NCBI GenBank assembly: GCA_015660865.1
Contig: JACTUA010000006.1
Coordinates: 151,777 to 215,776, forward strand
Source of the DNA: Methanomicrobiales archaeon
GTDB taxonomy: Archaea; Halobacteriota; Methanomicrobia; Methanomicrobiales; JACTUA01
Length of the DNA stretch: 64,000 nt
Direction of reading: 5' to 3'
Shown here: positions 47,268 through 55,359 of the stretch, piece after piece
Layout of the letters: the number at the start of each line of letters is the position of its first letter
Numbering within the stretch: the stretch's first letter is position 1
Program-made: the position numbers and the translations under genes
Notes under the pieces: model-generated
Database searches by the model: none
What the model saw: the letters and a program-made list of their open reading frames with translations, nothing else
What the model was told of the DNA's origin: nothing

Positions 47268-49527
47268 GGACCCTTCTTGCCGCCTCGAGGATCATCCGCT
47301 GCTCGGTGCGGGCCACCCGGTCCCGGATCTTGGCCACAGCATCGATATTCGCCGAGAGGCTCGAGATCCCGTGCTCCACGAGCCACTCGGCCATCTCCGG
47401 GTCTGACCCTGCCTGGCCGCAGATGGAGCATTCCACCCCGTAGTCGCGGCAGACCTGGATGGTCTCGTCGATTATCCTCAGGACCGCGGGGTGCTTGGGC
47501 TTGTACATTGTTGCAACATTCTCGTTATTCCGGTCGACCGCGATGGTGTACTGGACCAGGTCGTTCGTGCCAAAGGAGGCGAACCGAATCCCCGCTTTGA
47601 TGAAGTCCTCGATGAGGATTGCGCTCGCGGGGATCTCCACCATGATGCCGAGGGTGACGTTCTCCACGTCGACCCCCCACCCCTGCATCATCCTTTTCGC
47701 TTGGATGAACTCATCGGGGTGCGAGACCATGGGGAACATCATCCCCAGGTTGCTGTATCCGGCCTGCCAGAGGCGTTTGAAGGCCTCTACCTGGAGCCGG
47801 AACTGCTCCGGGCTCTGGAGATCCCGCCGGATCCCGCGCCAGCCCAGCATGGGGTTGTGCTCGTGGGGCTCGTCCTCCCCCCCGGCCATGTTCCTGAACT
47901 CGTCGGTGGGAGCATCCAGGGTCCGGACCCAGACGGGCTTCCCGGGGAAGGCATCGAGGACGATCCGGATCCCTCCGGCGAGCTCGTCGATGAACTCCTC
48001 CTCCTTCCTGTTCCGGATATACCACATGGGGGTCTTGTTCAGCCCCAGGATGAGGTGCTCGATCCGCAGCAGGCCCACCCCGTCAGCACCCGTCGCCGCG
48101 GCACGGGCAGCAGCCTCGGGGAGGGAGACATTCACCTTCACCGAGGTCGCGGTGATGAGGGGAGCTGCCGCGACAGCTGCGATTGCCTTCTCCTTCTGGG
48201 GTGGGGCCTCCGTCCTTCCTTCATAGACAAGGCCCTTCTCCCCGTCCACGGTCACGAGCTGGCCCTGGTGGAGGACCAGCGTTGCCTTCTTTGTCCCGAC
48301 AACCGCGGGGGTCCCGAGCTCCCGGGAGACGATGGCCGCATGGCAGGTCATCCCCCCCTCGTCGGTGACGATGGCTGCCACCTTCCGCATGGCTGGGACC
48401 ATATCCGGGTTCGTCATCTTGGCGACGAGGATATCGCCTTCCTTCACGCTCCCCACATCCTTGTTGTCACGGACGATGGCGACCCTTCCGGAGCCTATCC
48501 CGGGCGATGCCCCCTGCCCCTCGACGAGGACCTTCCCCGCGGTGGCGGCGGCGGGTTTCTCCTGGACCGGGGCCCTGATGGTGGTGATGGGCCGGGACTG
48601 GAGGATATAGAAGTCCTTCCCCGAGATGGCCCATTCCAGGTCCTGGGGCACTCCGTAGTGCCCCTGGGCGATCTCCCCGAAGTTCGCGAGCTCCTTCACC
48701 TCGGCATCCGAGAGCACGGGAGCCTTCTGCAGGTTGGCGGGAACCTCGATGGTCTTTGTCCCCTTCCTCCCGTCAGGGATCACCATCTCGAGCTTCCCGG
48801 AGATGAGCCTGTCCACCACCTGCCCGGACCTGTGGTCAAAGACATATTTGTCCGGTGATACCGAGCCCGATACCACCGCCTCCCCGAGGCCCCAGGATCC
48901 CTCGATGATGGTCAGGGGTTCACCGGTGACCGGGTGCGAGGTGAACATCACCCCTGCCTTCTTTGCGTCCACGAGCTCCTGGACCACCACGGCGATGTTC
49001 ACGCTCCTGTCGTCGAAGCCCTGCTTCGCCCGGTAGTAGATGGCCCGGGCCCCGTAGAGGGATGCCCAGCACCGCTGGACCGAGAGGATGAGATCGCCGT
49101 TCCCCTGGATGTTCAGGTAGGTCTCCTGCTGCCCTGCAAAGGAGGCATCAGGAAGATCCTCCGCCGTCGCGCTCGACCGGACCGCGACGACCGGATCGCT
49201 CCCGAGGGCGGCGTATGCATCCCGGATCTTCCTCTGGAGGTGCTGCGGGATCGCTACCGAGAGGACGAGCTCCTTCGCCCTCTTCGAGGCCTCCTCGAGA
49301 GCCGCATTATCCTCGACGTTCAGGTTCGAGAGGCCTGCAAAGAGCCGGTCCTCGATACCGGTCTCCCCCAGGAATCTCCTGAAGGCCTGGGCGGTCACCA
49401 CAAAGGCCCGGGGGACCGGGAGGCCGATGCCGAACATCTCTCCCAGGGATGCCCCCTTGCCTCCGACGGAAGAGATGTCCTCTTTCTTTATCTCCTCAAG
49501 GGTAAGGATTTCAGGGACCTTCTTCAT
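47245..49527 (-). CDS. ppsA: Phosphoenolpyruvate synthase
   Basis: 760 aa with the ATP-grasp N-terminus VGGKGASLGEM, the phosphohistidine region GGMTCHAAIVSRELGTPAVVG, and the C-terminal TIM domain SFGTNDLVQY. Confidence 0.95.
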   Translation of the reverse strand: MKKVPEILTLEEIKKEDISSVGGKGASLGEMFGIGLPVPRAFVVTAQAFRRFLGETGIEDRLFAGLSNLNVEDNAALEEASKRAKELVLSVAIPQHLQRKIRDAYAALGSDPVVAVRSSATAEDLPDASFAGQQETYLNIQGNGDLILSVQRCWASLYGARAIYYRAKQGFDDRSVNIAVVVQELVDAKKAGVMFTSHPVTGEPLTIIEGSWGLGEAVVSGSVSPDKYVFDHRSGQVVDRLISGKLEMVIPDGRKGTKTIEVPANLQKAPVLSDAEVKELANFGEIAQGHYGVPQDLEWAISGKDFYILQSRPITTIRAPVQEKPAAATAGKVLVEGQGASPGIGSGRVAIVRDNKDVGSVKEGDILVAKMTNPDMVPAMRKVAAIVTDEGGMTCHAAIVSRELGTPAVVGTKKATLVLHQGQLVTVDGEKGLVYEGRTEAPPQKEKAIAAVAAAPLITATSVKVNVSLPEAAARAAATGADGVGLLRIEHLILGLNKTPMWYIRNRKEEEFIDELAGGIRIVLDAFPGKPVWVRTLDAPTDEFRNMAGGEDEPHEHNPMLGWRGIRRDLQSPEQFRLQVEAFKRLWQAGYSNLGMMFPMVSHPDEFIQAKRMMQGWGVDVENVTLGIMVEIPASAILIEDFIKAGIRFASFGTNDLVQYTIAVDRNNENVATMYKPKHPAVLRIIDETIQVCRDYGVECSICGQAGSDPEMAEWLVEHGISSLSANIDAVAKIRDRVARTEQRMILEAARRVHAREGAQ

Positions 49528-49762
49528 GGCCAGTACCCCACGTAACGGGTTCTGATACGAGCTTGCATTCCTGACAGATAAAGGATGACTGTTATACCCC
49601 GGGCAACAGTGGCACCCCCCCTGCTCCTCCCCTGGATGTCAGGACGTCTTCCGAGCAAGGATTTCCCTCTCGTTAGATCTGGGGAACGGGCAGGGCAGGA
49701 TCCGGCCCATCCCTGTTTGGAAAACATGAATAGGATCCGGAACAATGTGAGATGGGTGTGCT

Positions 49763-51349
49763 GTGAAGTGGAACGTGCTCGTGAGCGATCCCCTTGCCGA
49801 CGAAGGCCTCTCCATCCTCAGGGAACACTGCGATGTGGACGTCCGCACCGATCTCCCCGAGGATGAACTCGTCCGGATCATCGGGGACTACGATGCCCTG
49901 GTCGTCCGGAGCGGTACGACGGTCACCGCCCGGATCATCGATGCAGGAAAGAGGCTGAAGATCATCGGCAGGGCGGGTGTCGGCGTGGACAACATCGACG
50001 TCGAGGCGGCAACCCGAAGGGGGATCCCCGTGGTGAACTCCCCCGAGGGAAACACCCTCGCAGCCACCGAGCACACCATGGCCATGATGCTCGCCCTTGC
50101 ACGGAACATACCCCAGGCCGACGCATCCCTCAAGCAGAAGCAGTGGAAGCGCTCGAAGTTCATGGGGGTCGAGCTGAACGGGAAGACCCTCGGGATCGTC
50201 GGGCTCGGCCGTATCGGGCGCGAGATCGCAAAGAGGGCGAACGCGATGGATATGAGGTGCATCGCCTATGACCCCTTCCTCACCAAGGAGCGGGCGGCCC
50301 AGATGGGGGTCGAGCTCATGGCTCTCGACGACGTTCTCCGCGAGGCCGACGTGATCACCGTCCACACCCCCCTGACACCCGAGACCACCCATCTCATCAA
50401 TGACGCGAAGTTCGCGATCATGAAGAAGGGTGTGCGGGTCATCAACTGTGCCCGGGGCGGGATCATCGACGAGAAGGCCCTGTATTCCGCCCTGAAGGCC
50501 GGGAAGGTCGCCGGTGCCGCCCTCGACGTCTTCGAGGACGAACCGCCCCTGAAATCTCCTCTCCTCGACCTCGAGAACGTGATCGTGACTCCCCACCTGG
50601 GGGCGAGCACCGTCGAGGCGCAGCTGAACGTGGCGGTCTCGGTCGCGAACCAGGTCGTAGGACTCTTCAGGGGAGAGCAGCCGAAGTACGCGGTGAATGC
50701 CCCCATGGTCCCGGCAGAGTATGCCGAAAGGATGGAGCCCTTCGCGGTCCTCACCGAAAAGATGGGCCGGTTCCTCATCCAGCTCGTCGAGGGGAGGCTT
50801 GAGTCCCTGGAGATCACCTACGGGGGAGAGCTCTCGTCCCTGGGGCCGAACACCCGGTTCCTCACCCGGATCGCCCTGAAGGGCCTCATGGACCCCATCC
50901 TGCAGGTACCGGTAAATATCATCAACGCGGAGGTGATCGCAAAGGAGCGGGGGATCATGATCCGGGAGACCCTCACCGACGATGCAGCCGGCTTCCGGAA
51001 CCTGATCACCATCCGGGTGAAGACCGACCGGATGGAAGAGACGACGGCCGGCACCGTCTTCACCCGGGACCGGATCCGGATCGTCTCCATCGGGGGCTAT
51101 ACCATGGACATGATCCCTGAGGGGTTCGTCATCGTCTCCCGGCACCTGGACAAGCCCGGCGTCATTGGCCGTGCCTCCACCATCCTCGGCGAGGCAAAGA
51201 TCAATATCGCCGGCATGCAGGTAGGGAGGATCAAGCAGGGGGAGGAGGCCATCATGGTCCTGAACGTCGACTCCGAGGTACCGCCCCCCGTAATGGATGA
51301 GATCCGGGAAAAGGTCGGGATCTTCACCGCCAAGTTCGCGAAGATTTAG
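49763..51349 (+). CDS. serA: D-3-phosphoglycerate dehydrogenase (long form with ASB and ACT domains)
   Basis: The GTG start gives MKWNVLVSDPL. The NAD motif is GIVGLGRIGREIA and the catalytic region is NCARGGIIDE...TPHLGAST. The ACT domain has an RHLDKPGVIG-type motif. Confidence 0.9.
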   Translation: MKWNVLVSDPLADEGLSILREHCDVDVRTDLPEDELVRIIGDYDALVVRSGTTVTARIIDAGKRLKIIGRAGVGVDNIDVEAATRRGIPVVNSPEGNTLAATEHTMAMMLALARNIPQADASLKQKQWKRSKFMGVELNGKTLGIVGLGRIGREIAKRANAMDMRCIAYDPFLTKERAAQMGVELMALDDVLREADVITVHTPLTPETTHLINDAKFAIMKKGVRVINCARGGIIDEKALYSALKAGKVAGAALDVFEDEPPLKSPLLDLENVIVTPHLGASTVEAQLNVAVSVANQVVGLFRGEQPKYAVNAPMVPAEYAERMEPFAVLTEKMGRFLIQLVEGRLESLEITYGGELSSLGPNTRFLTRIALKGLMDPILQVPVNIINAEVIAKERGIMIRETLTDDAAGFRNLITIRVKTDRMEETTAGTVFTRDRIRIVSIGGYTMDMIPEGFVIVSRHLDKPGVIGRASTILGEAKINIAGMQVGRIKQGEEAIMVLNVDSEVPPPVMDEIREKVGIFTAKFAKI

Positions 51350-51436
51350 GGCGGAAAGAGGGGCAGGACGCCGAATTCCCGCTCCCTTCCATACTCTTTT
51401 ATATCGGGGCCGAACCAATAGTAAAGTCGTCTCTTT

Positions 51437-51510
51437 GGGCTCGTGGTCTAGTCGGCTATGACGTCGCCTTGACATGGCGGAGATCCTGAGTTCGAATCTC
51501 AGCGGGCCCA
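51437..51510 (+). tRNA. tRNA-Val (anticodon GAC)
   Basis: Folded manually. Acceptor stem GGGCTCG/CGGGCCC (one G-U pair); D stem GTC/GAC; anticodon stem TCGCC/GGCGG with loop TTGACAT. The T arm is CTGAG-TTCGAAT-CTCAG and the discriminator is A. Total length is 74 nt. A T6 tract follows at 51516-51521. Confidence 0.88.
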
Positions 51511-51534
51511 TACCATTTTTTCTCCTTTCCGGTA

Positions 51535-51570
51535 TCCGTGTTCACTTCCGTGTTCACGTCCGTGCTCTCA
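51535..51570 (+). repeat. 3 x 12 bp tandem repeat (tccgtgttcact tccgtgttcacg tccgtgctctca)
   Basis: Direct reading of the sequence. It lies 25 bp downstream of tRNA-Val and about 25 bp upstream of a ccttttatat TATA-like box that precedes the gene at 51646. Confidence 0.8.
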
Positions 51571-51645
51571 AAAGATCTCCATCTCCGGAACCCTTTTATA
51601 TCGTCTCTGCAAAGGGGAGCATTAGGCCAGAAGGAGTGGTGATCT

Positions 51646-52020
51646 GTGGCTCAGAAGGTTCCTGTCGAGACCAAGTTCCTGAAGGAAGTGATCCGGGATC
51701 TCTCCTGCGAAGACCCTGAGGCGAGAAGGAACGCCCTCGATGCGGTCATGACATTCGCCTGGTACCCGGGGTGGAAGCCGGTGGAGTTCATCGCACTCGG
51801 GGGGCTCCCGGCGCTCGTCGGGAGGCTCGCGGAGGAGGACGAGAAGAGCAGGGTACAGGCGGTGGAGGCCGTGGAACGGTTCGCCGAGCTGGGGGCGTCC
51901 TCCGAGCTTGTGAAAGAAGGAGCTCTCCCGCTTTTAGAGCGGATGGCGGCGGGCGACAGATATGAACCGCTGCGGATGATTGCCGGAAGGGCGATCGCCA
52001 GGATCAGAGGCCAGAGATAA
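51646..52020 (+). CDS. HEAT/armadillo-like repeat protein
   Basis: 124 aa with a GTG start. Helical repeats contain the patterns EDPEARRNALDAV and DEKSRVQAVEAVERF, similar to PBS-lyase HEAT repeats. Confidence 0.5.
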   Translation: MAQKVPVETKFLKEVIRDLSCEDPEARRNALDAVMTFAWYPGWKPVEFIALGGLPALVGRLAEEDEKSRVQAVEAVERFAELGASSELVKEGALPLLERMAAGDRYEPLRMIAGRAIARIRGQR

Positions 52021-52118
52021 GGTGGTCGCGGGCAGGCAGAAAGCCCACATCCGGCCGGCCCTTTCCGCAATTACTTGGCGGATCGGCTCTTTATTTCCTC
52101 CAGGTCTCGAAATCTTCC

Positions 52119-52535
52119 TCAACGGAGGCCGGTATCGATATGGATCTCGAGGCGGACCTGTTCTCCCGGCCTGATCTCCACCGTCTTCGGGACGTCCGGG
52201 CTCCTGTCGATACCGATCCTGTTGATGTCCACGGTGTATGTCCCCGGCGCGAGGGAGGTCACGAAGGAACCCGTCGTGTCCAGGTCAAGAACCTTCCCAG
52301 GCAAAGGTGATCCCACCGCTGTGACGACGATCTTTCGCGCCTCGTAGGCCTCCGCGAGCACATCGGGGGAGACCTGGCAAGGCTCCACGGGACAGAGCGG
52401 ACCTATGGTCACTGTGCCCTCGAGGTATCCCGAATCCTGACCCGTCTTTTCCAGGAGGCTGAAGGCGATGATGGGACCTGCAAGCACCACCAGGGCTGCA
52501 ACTGCAATGGCGAGGTCCCGCCGGGTCAGGGGCAT
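52119..52535 (-). CDS. N-terminally membrane-anchored hypothetical protein with beta-sandwich-like C-terminal part
   Basis: 138 aa with a TM segment (LAIAVAALVVLAGPIIAF) followed by GTVTIGPLCPVEPC...GTYTVDI. Confidence 0.5.
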   Translation of the reverse strand: MPLTRRDLAIAVAALVVLAGPIIAFSLLEKTGQDSGYLEGTVTIGPLCPVEPCQVSPDVLAEAYEARKIVVTAVGSPLPGKVLDLDTTGSFVTSLAPGTYTVDINRIGIDRSPDVPKTVEIRPGEQVRLEIHIDTGLR

Positions 52536-52732
52536 GAGGAGACGTTTGCTCCCCTGTCCTGAAAAATGTTGGGGATCGGACTCGCGTGCGGATGCGGGGC
52601 ATTCTTAAACCTTCAAATTGTATTTTAAAAGAAACAAACAAAAATGTTTATATAACAAATTGTAACATATACCTTACATGGTGCGGGCCCATCACCGTGA
52701 TGGCCACACCAGGAATATAAGGGAGCACATAC

Positions 52733-53401
52733 ATGGACACCCAGAGATTCGTGGCTGGTCCCCTATCGATCCTCTGCATCATCGGGCTGGTCATGGGAAC
52801 AGCCAGCGCCGCGGTCATCACATCCACCGATACAGGTACAGGAGCTGCCCATCACCACCTGTCACCCGATGCCATCATCAGCGCCCTTGAACAGAAGGGA
52901 GTGGACGTGAGCGGGGTGAAGACCGCCCTCCAGAACGGAGATGAGGCCGCGGTGAAGGCGTGGCTGGAGAACTACTTCCAGACCCACAAGCCTGAGATAG
53001 CACAAGGTTCCGGTCGCCAGCGTTTTGATCTGACCAATGCCAACCAGCAACAGGAGACCATCACAAAACTCGAAGAGAGAGGAGTTGATGTAACCGAAGT
53101 GAAGGCTGACCTCCAGAAAGGGGACACGGCTGCAGTGAAGGCATGGCTGGAGAACTACTTCCAGACCCACAGGCCTGATACAGCTGGGAAGAACGGGAAC
53201 GAGAGGCTCCAGCTCATCGTCAGCAACCTGGAAAAGAAGGGGGTTGACGTGAGTACGGTGAAGACCGATCTCCAGAACGGGGATATCACCTCAGTGCAAA
53301 CATGGCTCAAATCCTACTTTGATGCCCATAAGGGAGAGATGCCTCGCGGTCACCACACCGGGCATGCCCAGGCTGTAAGCCAGATCGGAACCAACCAGTA
53401 A
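52733..53401 (+). CDS. Secreted protein with three ~42-aa tandem repeats and His-rich flanks
   Basis: The signal peptide is LSILCIIGLVMGTASA. The repeats are at aa 46-87, 107-148 and 158-201 (nt 52868-53335), with consensus LExKGVDVSxVKxDLQNGDxxAVKAWLENYFQTHKP. They are flanked by AAHHH and GHHTGH. Confidence 0.7.
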   Translation: MDTQRFVAGPLSILCIIGLVMGTASAAVITSTDTGTGAAHHHLSPDAIISALEQKGVDVSGVKTALQNGDEAAVKAWLENYFQTHKPEIAQGSGRQRFDLTNANQQQETITKLEERGVDVTEVKADLQKGDTAAVKAWLENYFQTHRPDTAGKNGNERLQLIVSNLEKKGVDVSTVKTDLQNGDITSVQTWLKSYFDAHKGEMPRGHHTGHAQAVSQIGTNQ

Positions 53402-53559
53402 CCCTCCAGGATAATACCCTCCATTCAATCTTCCTTTTTTGGAGCCCGCAGGGATGGGCATGTTCTGGATAAGAGATACCCCGGTTGAATTGCCACCCTC
53501 TTCCGGAATCCTGCAATCAGCTTTTAATTCCTAGAAAGCCAGGAGAAAACTCCTCGGGA

Positions 53560-54030
53560 TCAAGGTCTCCTGCGAGACGCTTCCACCAGTCTCCTCATAC
53601 CATCTCCGGTGAACTCGAAGGAACAGTTCCCATCGGGGAACTCCTCCAGCTTCTCCATCCCCAGCCTCTCGAAGAACCCCTTTGCACCCTTCTCGGCGGT
53701 GAGATGGATCTTCAGGTTCCCCTGAATGGCGAGCTCCGCAACCGCAGCCATGAGCCTCGTACCGATGCCGCAGCGGTGGATCTTCATCCCGATGTAATCG
53801 ATACGGATGGTGGCTGGATCCGGAAGGGTATAGGAGAGGCTCCCGAGGAATTCCCCCCACCGTGACCTGGCGATCAGGAGATGGTTCTTCTCATCCTCGA
53901 TGGCTTCCTTTGCCCGGACAAGGCCGGGATCCACCTCTTCTCCGCGACGCCTGATCTCCGCGATAGTCCGGTCGATCTCACGGGAGAAGCTCACACGCTC
54001 AGCTCCATCCCTCCTCGAGGCAGGGATCAT
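53560..54030 (-). CDS. GNAT family N-acetyltransferase
   Basis: The acetyl-CoA binding motif is KIHRCGIGTRLMAAV...AEKGAKGFFERLGM. The ATG at 54030 is preferred over the longer track start at 54117. Confidence 0.7.
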   Translation of the reverse strand: MIPASRRDGAERVSFSREIDRTIAEIRRRGEEVDPGLVRAKEAIEDEKNHLLIARSRWGEFLGSLSYTLPDPATIRIDYIGMKIHRCGIGTRLMAAVAELAIQGNLKIHLTAEKGAKGFFERLGMEKLEEFPDGNCSFEFTGDGMRRLVEASRRRP

Positions 54031-54310
54031 GATGATCCGTATCCCCTTCGCCTTCACGCACCGCCGGCTCTTTCTGCCATTCTCCGTCGAACCGGGCACC
54101 GAAGACACGAGCACCACCTCCCTCCCTGAAGTTCATTTTCGCGGGGAGGTCCTTTCCATTATCGACGTCTCCTGCTTAAAGATACTATGTTATAGATATC
54201 TTCTCATGGGATTCTAGGGGCGATTCCTTCAAATTATCGTTAGTTTGTCATTATGAGAAATATTTATAAACAACTCCACTTTTTATATTTAAGCCTTCTC
54301 CATAGGTGGG

Positions 54311-54595
54311 TTATCCCGTCCGGGAAGGTGCCCGGGAATTGTGGAGGATCCTGGATGGTCTGTGTGCATGGGGTGAACCCTTACTCATCTCCTCTATTGT
54401 CTGGCCCTTTATATACTCGGACTTTATGACTTTTAGAAGTTCTTCTAAATCGCATAATCTCCGAGAGATGATGGCTTTGTCCTTCCCCACAGCCTCCCCG
54501 ATCTCCTCCTGGGTCCAGCCGAGGATATCCACCTTACTATGTCGAACCCTTTTGAGATTCACCCCGTTTTCTTTATCATGCCGCCGGCCTATCAT
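54311..54595 (-). CDS. Small helix-turn-helix DNA-binding protein
   Basis: 94 aa. GWTQEEIGEAVGKDKAIISRRL is a classic HTH (ParB/regulator-like). It is the last gene of the minus-strand module of the element. Confidence 0.5.
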   Translation of the reverse strand: MIGRRHDKENGVNLKRVRHSKVDILGWTQEEIGEAVGKDKAIISRRLCDLEELLKVIKSEYIKGQTIEEMSKGSPHAHRPSRILHNSRAPSRTG

Positions 54596-55144
54596 CTCAT
54601 GCCCAGGACCTGTCCTGGACGGTGGCGCCCTCCCTAACAGGGGAGGAGAGGAACGTCAGGAAAGAACATGGAACCATTCGAGAACCTATTCCAAGAACAA
54701 GAACATGTCATTCTCATCTACGTCGGGGACGAGGAGGAGGGTCCTCTCTCCCCCGAGGATATGCTCTGGCTCGAGGCGTCGATTGATGTGAGCCGGAACC
54801 TGATCTAACCTCTATTTTTGAAGCCGGGCGAACCGGGGATGATATCACGCCCGATTCCCACATGGCGAGTGAAAGATGATTTCAGGAGCGGGTCGTCTCG
54901 CAGGGCCTCACGCAGCGGGATCTTCGCGGTCCTCACGCCCGGCGGGGCCTGGCCGTTCGGCGGCACGAATACCATCATGGAAGATCCGTTCCCCGGTTAC
55001 CGCTTCCCCTTCTTCCCGGCGGGGCGGCTGCCGATGATGGTCGCGTGTGCATTCACCAGCACGTTCCCGATCGCGTGCTCGCCGTGCTTATGCCCCGTTA
55101 GGGTCTGCTGGGGATGATGTCTGTACGTGGTCTTCACCTCCCTT

Positions 55145-55357
55145 TTACTTCGTGCTGTTCTCTTGTGCCTGCGCTTCTCGCCATGCCTGGAGGAGGTCCT
55201 TGTGAAGGACGAGGGAGCGCCTATAAAACCCCTCGAGGTGGGCCGTGGTGGTGTGCCCGGGAAACACGGCCTTCATCATGAGAACCGAGTCGAAGATTGC
55301 CTGGAGATCCCCAACGATGCCGAGCTCCTCCCGGGTAAACTGATGGGCTGGGTCCAT
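55145..55357 (-). CDS. Hypothetical 70-aa protein of the element
   Basis: The ATG at 55357 lies 2 nt after the TGA of the giant ORF. The track start at 55414 would overlap that ORF. I recognise no family. Confidence 0.45.
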   Translation of the reverse strand: MDPAHQFTREELGIVGDLQAIFDSVLMMKAVFPGHTTTAHLEGFYRRSLVLHKDLLQAWREAQAQENSTK

Positions 55358-55359
55358 GA

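Noticed and set aside
47491-48858. 455-aa plus-strand ORF.
   Set aside because: It is antisense to ppsA and has a low-complexity product.
51437-51510. tRNA-Val as the attachment site of the 54-64 kb element.
   Set aside because: I found no copy of the tRNA 3' half or of its flank elsewhere in the window. The element's visible left edge is 2.6 kb away. This is left open rather than claimed.
49673-51511. 612-aa minus-strand ORF, one of the longest in the track.
   Set aside because: It is entirely antisense to the well-supported serA gene and runs across tRNA-Val. The product is Arg/Gly/Asp/Pro/Leu low-complexity with no motifs, which is a typical high-GC antisense artefact.
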